A DNA stretch of 22,495 bases. Source: Vermamoeba vermiformis (Eukaryota). Positions 9,773 through 20,404 of the stretch are shown here, one piece after another; the stretch's first letter is position 1; every line of letters begins with the position of its first letter. The stretch lies in the NCBI GenBank assembly GCA_045837725.1, contig JBEWZL010000156.1, positions 124,001 through 146,495 on the forward strand, given 5' to 3'. The translations under genes and the position numbers were made by a program. The notes under the pieces were generated by a model. It was not told the origin of the DNA, searched no databases, and was given only the letters and a program-made list of their open reading frames with translations.

Positions 9773-11503
9773 TTATTGCAAAGTTTTAACGACATCATCG
9801 ACCCACATCTGATAGTTGTCCCAATTCATCGCTTGCGAGACTAGTGTGCTATTAGCATAGCCTTGCTTGACTATATTAGTATAGCCCTTATCAGTAACAG
9901 TGGTCCATTTAGGGAAAAACGCCATTGGAGTGCCGTTCGGATTTGAACCGAAAAGCAACGGGACAAAACTAGCGGTGACCAGATCGTGCAATGTTGAAGA
10001 GATATTGGCTGGATTAATAGGCAATATACCAGAGGTAGGTCCCCAATCGCAGTTTGTGAACCAATAACGGAAATTCTCCATCAAAACTTGCGTCATCTGC
10101 GAACTTGAATTCAGCAACTTTTGATAAGACATGCCTCCTATTTGCGCCTATTATATATTTAAGTTAGATATATCATACATATAATATTTTAAGCGTTAAA
10201 TATGAATTTGTAGGTGATTTCTGTTGTTGATTGAAAAGTTGTTGGATCGCGTCTTACCCAAGCTGTCAAATCAAGTGGCGCGTTCACAAAGTTAAGCCAT
10301 TGCGTAGAATACAACAACTGTGCCGCCTTAATGTCGTCTACGATATTGTACTCTACAAAAAATTATAATTAGTCCAGAAATCATTGCATAAAGTACGCGG
10401 ATCTGCTTCCAAACAATTCGCTAGATCTCAGCACCCAAATATCGTGCGATATTACTGCCTTAAGAACTGATTAATATGTGCCCCCCATGTACTTACCAGG
10501 TACTGCTGGCGCCTTGCCGTTATAACCGGTAAAAAAACTTCCGCCCATTGACGCGATGTAAACTTGAGTGTTGAGCATTGGATATTGAGACAACGCAGCG
10601 GGCAAATTACTAAATATGGTAAAATGATTACATTAATAAAGTACATTATTTAAGAAACAACTTACGAAGCAGGCGCAATTTCAACGAGTACGACTGGATC
10701 GAGCGATTCTTGAATTATTTCGACCATTCTTCCAACACCTGTTACGTTATATTAGCTATTATACTGATTAAATATATTGTCTTGCAAAATGAGGCGTACC
10801 ATCTTGATAATACGGGCCAGGATAAGTTGACAGATCGAACGACTCAGCCCACGGGTACAAAGCTCCATAATCTACGAATATATGCATAAATTAACAAAGA
10901 GCAAGCAACACCAATATTTAAATATGCTTACCAGGCCCTGTCTTATTGTCTTGTTGCACGCCTAAGCCGATCGGTACGTCCGTCCTTCCAGACTCATACA
11001 AGAACTTGGCAAGGACTTTCGTTCGTGCCAATGTGTTGTGTGTCTCAGTTAATATTAATTTTACATCGACCTAAAGCTAGAATCGTTAGTACGAAGGCAA
11101 CTCGAGATGTACAAAGAAATAGGTTTCCAACGCATAAAGGCTTATTAACGCTGTAACTACCTATATATTATTTATGATATTTATAATGTCGATTCATGAT
11201 TAAGAGAAGGATAAAATGCAGCCGTTATTGCTTTAATTGAGATATTAATATTTAATTGCATCCAAAATTTAATTAATTGCTGAGATAATTTAGGCAAACC
11301 AAACATACCTCAGGTCTATTTAATAAATAAGCAATAGCCCATGAGTCATCCATATCAGTTCCAATGTCCGTGTCAATAATTACAGAGATCTTCGAGTTCT
11401 GATTATTTACGCGCTTAGTTCTCGCATTATCTTGTTGACTATATACAAATAATATACACAATATAATAGATATTAATATACAAGATGAAGAAGAGTGCTT
11501 CAT
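9773..11503 (-). CDS. Nucleoside hydrolase (IU-NH family) with N-terminal signal peptide, ~353 aa, 7 exons
   Basis: Minus-strand exons 11503-11309, 11070-10932, 10871-10800, 10738-10666, 10609-10497, 10352-10258, 10147-9773. Motifs: VIIDTDIGTDMDD, IAPASNL, SMGGS, EYNIVDDIKAA, PLDLT, STLHDLV. Hydrophobic N-terminus CILISIILCILFVYS. Confidence 0.9.
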
Positions 11504-11936
11504 TCTATTGCACCTTACTCGAGCAAGAAATTTTACCGTTTTTTTCAGTAGCAACAAAAAACCTCAAAATCATAACTGAGCAGCACAATCAATGTGAGAG
11601 CTTTATTATTTATTTGTGGATTATCATGTCTGTTAAACAGCGCTTACCATGATAAAGCTCGGAAGGGGTCTGGAGCCGATGAGATGCAGCCTTCAGCTAG
11701 CTAAAAATTATACGTAGAGCGGCAAATATAATTCCCAGTGTGGCAATAACACGTGCATATTTGGAAAAATATTGAGGAAAATGCGTTAGAAGTCAGAAGA
11801 TTATGAAAAATACGTCAAATCCAAAAAAATATCTTGGAGTCAGGATACAGTGGTCACGTTGATGGCCCAACAAGATTGCTTCAAAATTATTCCAACTATT
11901 ATACTTTTGAAACGAAACAACAAACAATCAACCAAG

Positions 11937-12254
11937 ATGAGTTTGCTAAATCAAACACGAAGATCGTTCGTTAAATTGCTGTCTGCTAGTTCGACAACTA
12001 CGCGCAACGTTACAGCCCCAACCTCACTATTTGCACAACGTCGCGCTTACGGCATTACCGCGCCTGGTGGCGACATCCCGAAAGATTCATCTCCACTCAA
12101 AGCCAAAGAGCCACCATATGCCAAAGAACGAAGAGAACTTGAAGAAAATGAACAAATAATGCGCGAAAAGAAGCTTCGGGAAATGAAGACTGGTCCTATT
12201 AAGCCTGCAGCAAAGGAAAAGCGAGATGACCGTCCAAAACCCGCTTCCGTTTAA
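11937..12254 (+). CDS. Small mitochondrion-targeted protein, 105 aa, possibly ATPase inhibitor IF1-like
   Basis: Intronless ORF from ATG 11937. It has an Arg/Ser/Thr-rich, acid-free presequence ending RRAY|G (R-3-like), then a charged helix YAKERRELEENEQIMREKKLREMK. The IF1 assignment is tentative. Confidence 0.65.
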   Translation: MSLLNQTRRSFVKLLSASSTTTRNVTAPTSLFAQRRAYGITAPGGDIPKDSSPLKAKEPPYAKERRELEENEQIMREKKLREMKTGPIKPAAKEKRDDRPKPASV

Positions 12255-12632
12255 TGAAGCTAAGAGCTCGTACGGTAACGCATTATAATCACATATCTAT
12301 GCTTAGGTATAAATAAATAACAAATTTATCTCTTTTTTGGCAAATTCAAGAGGCAACATTGGTCCCGGAGAAGTTCCGTGGTGTACAGAGGCAGTGCACA
12401 CAACAAATACGTAGACAGGGTTATTGAGGTGCTGCTATAGATATGCAATTATATGGCGATCTTTGTCATGAACTTGCGCAACAGATTTAAGATTCTCGCG
12501 GTATTTTAATGGATTTCGATCGGCTAATTTCGGAAAGTAAAAGTGCAATCACCACACGTCAAATTTTTTACTCGCGGTATTAGTGCGCAATTGCATAACG
12601 GCCTTCGACACCACAAATCTAAACAAATCAAA

Positions 12633-13750
12633 ATGGATGCAGGCACGTCGACCACAGATTCGGAATACAATCCCTCACCAGTACTTCGAACTTCTAGAAT
12701 AATGCTGTCTTTATTATTGGTACGGTGTATAATAGTAATTGATACAATAGCTTGCTAATGTGGTTCATTCTAGCTGGTGGAAATACTATTGATACCATCC
12801 GCGATCCTAATCTTCGATCTGCATCCCTCTTTAACGCTGATTTTAGTATTAGAGTATTCTATGACACTAGCATGCTTTACGTAAGTGATATAGCACTTCC
12901 GTATTGTCTAGTTGCGGCAATTAATACTAATCTGTCAACAGATCTGCCGCTGAAACGAAGCTGAAACAGTTAAAATTCGTATCCTTATCACTTAATATAT
13001 GTTTAAACGAATAAGGTAGCAAACATTCGGGTAATTTTCTTAACTATACCAACAGAGCATCCAAATGAAACTTATCGCAGTGATTCTCACTCATATTGCC
13101 GCGATAATGTATCTATGTTATATGTAAGTTCATATTCACACAGCAGAAGGCTGATCAAGCAGTTTTATGATTACTTTTGGGTGTGGCGCATCCGCAATAA
13201 TTAGAAACGCTTAAAAATCACAAGCAAGGAGGCGTAATGCGTATTAAATCAATTGATGTCGCATAATACGCACCTTAGTAATATATGATACGTGCCTACG
13301 CGAATATAATAGCTTTCCAACACTAACCTACGTTTTTTTTAGAACGCCTCACTCGACACTCGAGATCTTTGTTGCAAGCATTCAAGCAAGAGTTATTCAC
13401 GTTAAATTATCAGAGTTGATCATATACACGGTATATTTCGCTCTGAAAGTCGTTACAATTGCCACCGTATCGAGATCCATCTCTTCTATCAAAAGAGGTA
13501 CGTAGCCTTCAAAGTGATTATACTTGCCATGATCCCAGTATTGAGATACTCTATGAAAGGTTCATATACTAGTAGCGAAAGCAATGCGGATGAAGAGCAA
13601 CAAACGGAAAAACTCCCGATGTATTTTGAACCGATGCAGCAAATGCAGTCAGCGCCAGCAGCGCCGGTGTGGCATGTCGTAGTACCGTATCAACACTCTA
13701 TGGCTGTACAATATGTATATAGCAACTATGCGGATACCAACTGGATGTAA
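12633..13750 (+). CDS. Uncharacterised ~4-TM membrane protein with a Pro/Gln/Tyr-rich C-terminal tail, ~214 aa, 6 exons
   Basis: Exons 12633-12719, 12774-12880, 12942-12978, 13056-13123, 13343-13497, 13560-13750 join in one open frame (645 nt). Four hydrophobic segments; no family recognised. Confidence 0.6.
12979..13055 (+). other. Candidate U12-type (minor spliceosome) GT-AG intron, 77 nt
   Basis: The 5' site is GTATCCTT. A branch-like TTTCTTAAC at 13036-13044 lies ~12 nt before the CAG acceptor, with no polypyrimidine tract. An in-frame TAA at 13012 means splicing is required. Confidence 0.7.
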
Positions 13751-14438
13751 ATAAAACTGTTTTGATTTTCGAAGTAAAGCTAAACCCAGATCAGCTCATC
13801 CTTTTACCTGCCTAATACTCGTTTGATCAACAAGTAATGCATAAGTACGGAGTTCAATTGATTTGTGAGCGTTTAACGTAAAGCATGGAAAAAAGCATTT
13901 ACAATGTAATTTTTTGTTGATTTGGTGACATTTCGAGACATTACAAATTGAAACACGATGATCAAAGCACTCCTCTGCAACCTTGATTGCAATGTACTAT
14001 ACTTTACTAGATGTCTCCAGAACTTGATGTGCTTTTTGGCGTAGCAACGGAGCCGAACGTTGTAAATCCATAATTATACCCGGGAATTTTCCCAACCGAT
14101 GAACTGTGTAACTCCAAGCAGAATTTTTTTGTTTTTAAATGAGTATTAGTCATTGATGTCGTTTCGGAGTTGTTTGTTTAGGCCCTTTTCTGTTCTGAAC
14201 CAACAGTTGGTCGACATTGAGTGAGATTTCTAGAATTGAATCTTATGGATAGTTTCATTGCCTGCAGAGGAAAGCAAAGGTGATCCGGTGCATCGGCTCT
14301 GCCTAAAAATTCTCAGCCGTCCGTCAGAAACTTTTTTCGTTCGTTCTTAAAGGTAGCATCCATACCTCAACTTGTATTGTATTTTAGAATTTTTATTGAT
14401 TATAGTATCCATATTCAACTTATAGCAACTTGTAAACA

Positions 14439-17187
14439 ATGGATCTGGAATTTGCAGCGCTTCATGTGGTAATTATTGTGGCTTATAATAATTCAAATTA
14501 GTATACACATATTATTATAATTCTAATATGATATGGCGAATCTGCTTCGGGAGATTTTCTCGTTTCGATCCAAATTAATAAATGCCCAAATCCGTTGAAA
14601 AATGATTCTAAGCGCTGAAAAAATAATATATAGACCTACAAAATTCTACTAACGTCATTGTATTGTTTATTAAAATTATTTAATGCCGTAATAATGATCC
14701 AAAATTCAGATGGACATCCGAGAGGCTGCCTATTGTGGTAATATGGAAAGAGTGCAAAATTTAGTCGAAGACGAAGGTGTAGATATTAATCAGAGGAATC
14801 CCATTAACGGCTGGACTGGTATGCTCGAGATGCAAATCCGATTTTTTTTGCATTTTACGCCATTAGAATTAATAATTTAGCTGTTAATTGGCATTACCGT
14901 TCATAAATAGTCGATTATTTAATATTTAAATCATTCTTACTTTTGGTGTATTTATGCGGACAATTTCGGCAAGGCTGATCCGCGTTTTATTTTTTTTAAA
15001 TTGCTTCTAACGCTATAAAATAGCCTTGCATTGGGCTTGTTTGGCGAATAATGGCCCAGTTATGGATTACCTCATTCGAAAAGGCGCGGATGTGAACGCG
15101 GTAAATGATAAAGGCCAGAAGCCTTTCGATTTATTAAAAAGCGAAGAATTGAAGAAAATATTTGCAAGCAATCTTCCTTCTAAAGGTATGCACGATATAC
15201 ATATCGAATAGGGTCCTTAGAATACTTAGATGAATATATTTATATCACATCTGACCTGCCGGATCCATTTCTTCAATTCAAAGGCGTATTACAATAATAA
15301 TTTTGCTCTATAGTTGTATTATACACATGCAAATAATATTTCGTATTGTTAATTCGGATGTAATGCGCTTCTGAGCTTCGTGTAACGGCAGATCTGATCT
15401 GCTCAGATCCGTAGCTTAGAAGCCGAAGAAGCATCTCTATAACTTAATTAATACTAATTAATACATACTAATATTTTTTTGACCGCTAGAGGATTCGCCG
15501 GATTCAACAACAATCTCAACTTCAATCTCTTCAATGACTTCATCGCCAACACCAACGCACGGTCAATCAACACACGGCTCAACAGCAGCACCTACAGCGA
15601 GCACTGGCGGTCTCAAATTGAACGGAATCAAACCAATGGCAGGCAGTGTAGTGCCCGTGAGTGAATTGAAGGACGATTCGAACGCTAGGAAGAAACGACG
15701 CGATCAAATCGATCTTAGCAATCAACCGATGAAACCGAACAATAGCACTTTATCTGTAAATAGCTTCAATAGTAGCGGTAAGTTCATTTATACAGATCCG
15801 CTGGATCCCATCCAGCCTTTATTTCGTTTCGGTATTATTTATTATTAGTATTTTTTCTGATTAATAATTCGTCATATGGAGTGTAAAAATAATATTACGT
15901 GGTTGTATTAATTTAACTCCGGTTTGATGAATTCATCCGACAAAAATCCAACCGCAGCATTTCTTCAGTTTTCGTAGTCGAGTTACCACAATAGAAGTTG
16001 TATTATTATAGTATTATTATAATTGTATATATATTTGCCAGAGCTAATCAATAACTTCAATAATGCACGGAGCTTTAACGAGTAATAATTTTGGATGAAA
16101 ACTCACCATTCATTTTTTCACGCCTTTCTACTTCAAATACAAATTTAAGCGATAATATTGCGCTTATTATAATATTCTATAGTATTTAATTCAAATTTCG
16201 AACAAATCCTCATTGCTGCCGAGAGTTGAATTCATCGGCGAAATTTAGCTGCCTAGAGTAAACTCAACCGCCTTAAATTTTCACGACGAAGATCATTATG
16301 ATTTGATTAGATTCTGGCAATAATATACATTAGATATTCATATTATTGCTTTTAATAATATTCTTGTAAATAATTACACGGCGGTTAGAAGATTAATGCT
16401 CGGATCTGAACGATATTTTTTTCTAGACTATCCTACGCAAGCCAAGAGTATATCATCGGGAGCAACTGTATCGACTTCACCACCATCAAACTCAGCACCG
16501 ATTGCAACGTCGAGTGCTAATATACCACAGCCTGTAGTCCAAAAAACAATTTATCAATCCGATCTGTTGGGAGGTAAGTGCGCTAAAATATTCAAAAAAA
16601 TTGTCGCAATTATTTTTATATGCTCTATTTAAATAATATCGAGTGGTGATTATTCTTTACCAAGCGTAATTAATTCACAAAAAGTGAGCTTAGTGACGCG
16701 TCACATTCAAATCTTTAAAAGCCATGCCTTAGCCTTTATTTTATTATTATCATCGTGCACTCGTGATCGAAGTGGCTTTTTAATAGTTAATAATCATATT
16801 GAAGTTGGGAAGTGAGTTGGCGCCAAAATTTCTCTCAGATCTTTCACGGATCCAACTTCCGACTCAAAAGAGCCTTTTTATTCCTAATATTAAAATGCAG
16901 TATATTCATATTAACGATTTTTTATTATAGTTATTACCGTCAAGAGGATAGGCAAGAAAGTTGGCAAAGCGATCTCCATCCACACTGGCGACACACTGAA
17001 AACGCTTTTGACACGCATCAGGCACGCGTTTAATAACGAAGCCATCGACCACATATTAACGAAGAGCATGGGCGATCTCTCAGACATTGATCAAGTTCTG
17101 CATCTGTACCACAACAGTGCTACAAACGGTGAAAGAATTTTCAGGGTCGCGACGTCTGACGAGTTGAACCAGATGAGTGATTCGTAA
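14439..17187 (+). CDS. ANKRD40-like ankyrin-repeat protein with Ser/Thr/Pro-rich linker and C-terminal ubiquitin-like/KHA-like domain, ~330 aa
   Basis: Exons 14439-14468 (tentative; ATG 14710 is an alternative start), 14710-14818, 15024-15185, 15490-15777, 16427-16573, 16931-17187. The segment IREAAYCGNMERVQNLVEDEGVDINQRNPINGWTALHWACLANN...GADVNAVNDKGQKPFDL resembles the ANKRD40 N-terminus. Confidence 0.8.
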
Positions 17188-17924
17188 ATAGTATATAATA
17201 TAGAATAACAATACCCTTTTTTGCGTTTTAAACTTGTTTATGTTTATTTTTAGTAAAATTTCATTGCCGAACAAACTCATGTAGATCAAGTCCTCAAATC
17301 CTTTGCTTTTTTCCAAGCGTTTCTCTAACTTTAGTATTTGGGAGTCATATTAGGTTCGTCAATCGATAACATTGTTTCGTATTAGCAGGGCGTGCCCCTA
17401 AATCAGGGTACGGGTCGGGAGGAGGTCTTGGGTGGCGAGTTCTAGGGCTGTGTGTCAAGTCAAACAGTGGCTGGAACAGTGTACGCTACATAGTCGGAAG
17501 TACGTTTTCTGCCCAGCAGGTAACATTAAATTATGACTTTTATGAATAGAAATTTCTGTGTTGCAATCCCATTCAATAGACGTCTTTGAATAACGCCCCC
17601 ACAACACGCCAGTATGTGTCCTATAATACGGAATTATCTTTGTCTAATTTTAGATAGCTAAATTTGGGTGATTGCGACTGCAATCGCATCGACAACGTCA
17701 AGCAGATCACATTTAGATATTTACGCATAACGTAGCATTGACTTTAATAGTCATATAATGCGAGTTGTGAGTATGTTCTTATCGTAATAACGGACTTTCG
17801 TTACTTCCAAAAACCTTGTACATCCGTAACTGTCAAAAATGTCAGTTCATTCTGCAGTTTTAGCCTGTCGGGTTTTGTTATTTAATTCAATGTACATTAG
17901 ATAGCGCGATAACTCATATCCAAT

Positions 17925-20129
17925 ATGTCTGCTCAATTGGTTCGATCAACATCGGGAGACTTGAATGTAGGTTCACCGCCGAAAAAGAAACAGAAGATCA
18001 CGAAATGGTTGATAGTTAAAATAGTTGTTATAGCAGTCATTACTATTTCGTTATTTTTCGTCGGCCATTATGCAATTCCAAGCGCTCCTTTGCCTCCTGG
18101 AGCAAATCCGCCGACCATAGGTATGTTACAATTTCACTCGTTATTAAACGCTTTGAATATGATGATTATATTAATCCAAGTGAATCATCAAAGACAAAAA
18201 TAATCGCAAATTTAAATAGCCTATTGTATCGATTATTTATATTTTGCGGACTTATTCAATTAGACTTAATCAACACGGTTATTATACGTATAAATATGCC
18301 GTTAAATTATGATGCATAGTTAATTCTTTGATTCGATCTCTGTTCGAACACGAGCGAATCTGGACTAGCAACGATCGCATCTGGACTTTCTCTGTTGTCC
18401 ATCGATGTGAAATATGCTGACACTTTATACTTATAGGAGAAGTAATTGGCTTAGCTATAATCACGATTTCTGAAGCTGCGGTCACTGGAGTCGGATTAGC
18501 CTTTTTGATCACTTACGCGCGATATTTGCCCCAAACACCGAAAGTAATCAAGCCAAAAATATACTCAGTGTATATATCTATCTGCTGGTTTCTCATTCAA
18601 TGGTTTCCGCATGCTCAATTACGTAAGTTTGTTGCTTGGTTATCTCGCGCGAGCACGATCTAATTTTACGGATGGAGAATCTTTATCTAAACAAATCAAA
18701 AATATTCATTATGGTATTCATATCATATGAAGATGATTTAGAAGCTAATCTGTGCTTTTAGATAAAATGTTCGGACCAGATGTGAACGCCTTGATCGCGC
18801 TCGAAATGACTTTCCATTGGGTTAATGTCGTTGCGTTAAGTATATTGGCATACTACCAATTTGACATTATGATGTTGTGCATGGCGTAAGTTCAATAGGC
18901 CAATTGAATTCTAAATTTTTATATTTTTTCGGTGGATCCGACTCACAACTAAATTTATTTTTAATCGTATATATACGAAGAAATACAATACCTAAATTAA
19001 GTATTTTGATACAATTTTACGTACAGTAAACTGATTTTGGTCTGAAATTGAACTTCTATTTTTAGCCTCACTCGCACGAAAGAAAATTTGGCTCGTTTGG
19101 AAAAAGGAGAAAAAACCCGCGAAGAACAAGAGCGAGACAGCAATATGAACGCGAGTCCTGTCAAACGATTCTTCTTGAACACAAAGGTCCACGTAGTCCT
19201 CATAGTCATCGTATTCTTTTTCGCCTTGTTCTTTGGCGTTCAAAGGTAAGAAAAGTATTCACTGCAGATCAGAAAATTTCTGCTAAGATAAGTGGCGATG
19301 ACATTTTGACTCCCTGTTTGACACGTGTCATTTGCAGAGGATTTCCTAAGTCTCCTTTTGAACTGACTGAAGTCCAAGCTGGTTTGTTGATTGCTGTTGA
19401 GGTACGTAGTACAGTACATATATTCAATTAGCCTAATTCGGCAATTTTTTCACTCCGACATGGATCTAACTATTTTTCCTAATGCAGGTTGTGGCTTCGA
19501 TTACGTTTGGTATTGGTGCCGCATTTGCGATATTAATGGCGATTAACATTTCTCGGAATATTGCACCACGCTATCAAAGAACTGCTTGGGCGAGTTACGT
19601 CGCAATCTGCTACATCTTTTTGACTGATTATTTCCACGGCAAAACGCACGGAATTTTACGACCCGATGACTATATCGTACGTATATATTATGATTTGGCA
19701 TCTTGGATGCATGCTAATAATGATTTTTCAGGGCTTAATCATTGTCGAAATTTTCTTCCACATCGGAGTTACTGCAGCCGCATTCATTTTGATATATTAT
19801 CAGCGAAAAGTAATTAAAGCTGCTTGGGTGAAGCGTCAGAGTACGTACATTCATTTCTTACTAAATTTTTGTCACGGTGGATCCGCACATTGCAAATTCT
19901 GGATCTACCTATCTAATGATCCAAAATCATAGTTAATAGGATATATTAATAATAGCCGACGCCTTCTTAAGATTTTTGCATTTGCGAGTGTTTCAATTGC
20001 ACATGTACTAATGGATTTGTTTCACTAACTATAGAGCGCGATGTGGTTGGCACATCCGTCACACTTTCCACTTCTGCGGGCGGAAATCAGTCTTCGAGCA
20101 CTAGACGCGATGAAGAAGCCGAAAAATAA
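17925..20129 (+). CDS. Uncharacterised ~8-TM membrane protein with two internal repeats bearing HxxxH...ExxxH (paralogue A), ~380 aa
   Basis: Exons 17925-18120, 18437-18622, 18762-18885, 19066-19245, 19338-19401, 19488-19676, 19732-19840, 20035-20129, all with GT-AG introns and frame-consistent. Intron phases match the adjacent paralogue. Confidence 0.9.
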
Positions 20130-20404
20130 TAGGCAAGTGTATATAGATACAGTTTGTTGCAATCTGATGCGGCAATAAAAATTTTGTATTTTAGACCAGA
20201 TCTTGCTTTTTTAACAATTCGGATTAGTTGCTACTTATGAAATTAACATGCAATTGCAATGTCGCTCAATGTATCAGAAGAGATGCTGATAGAGATTCAC
20301 ATATTGGATTGTGATTCGTCTCATTCTCCCATCGATTACTGAACCGCGTGACATTCATTTTCGAAACTGGTAGTATAACGAAAACAATAGACGATAATAC
20401 AGCC

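Noticed and set aside
13797-13812. CCTTTTAC resembling U5 snRNA loop 1
   Set aside because: It lacks the G of GCCTTTTAC and a closing stem; no U5 architecture is visible.
13950-14260. Coding-looking minus-strand stretch between genes
   Set aside because: All three minus-strand frames are interrupted by stops and I recognise no protein or transposon motif; left unassigned.
17510-17526. Minus-strand TTACCTG resembling the U1 snRNA 5' end
   Set aside because: It is not ACTTACCTG, and the U1-70K (GATCA) and U1A (TGCAC) loop motifs are absent downstream.
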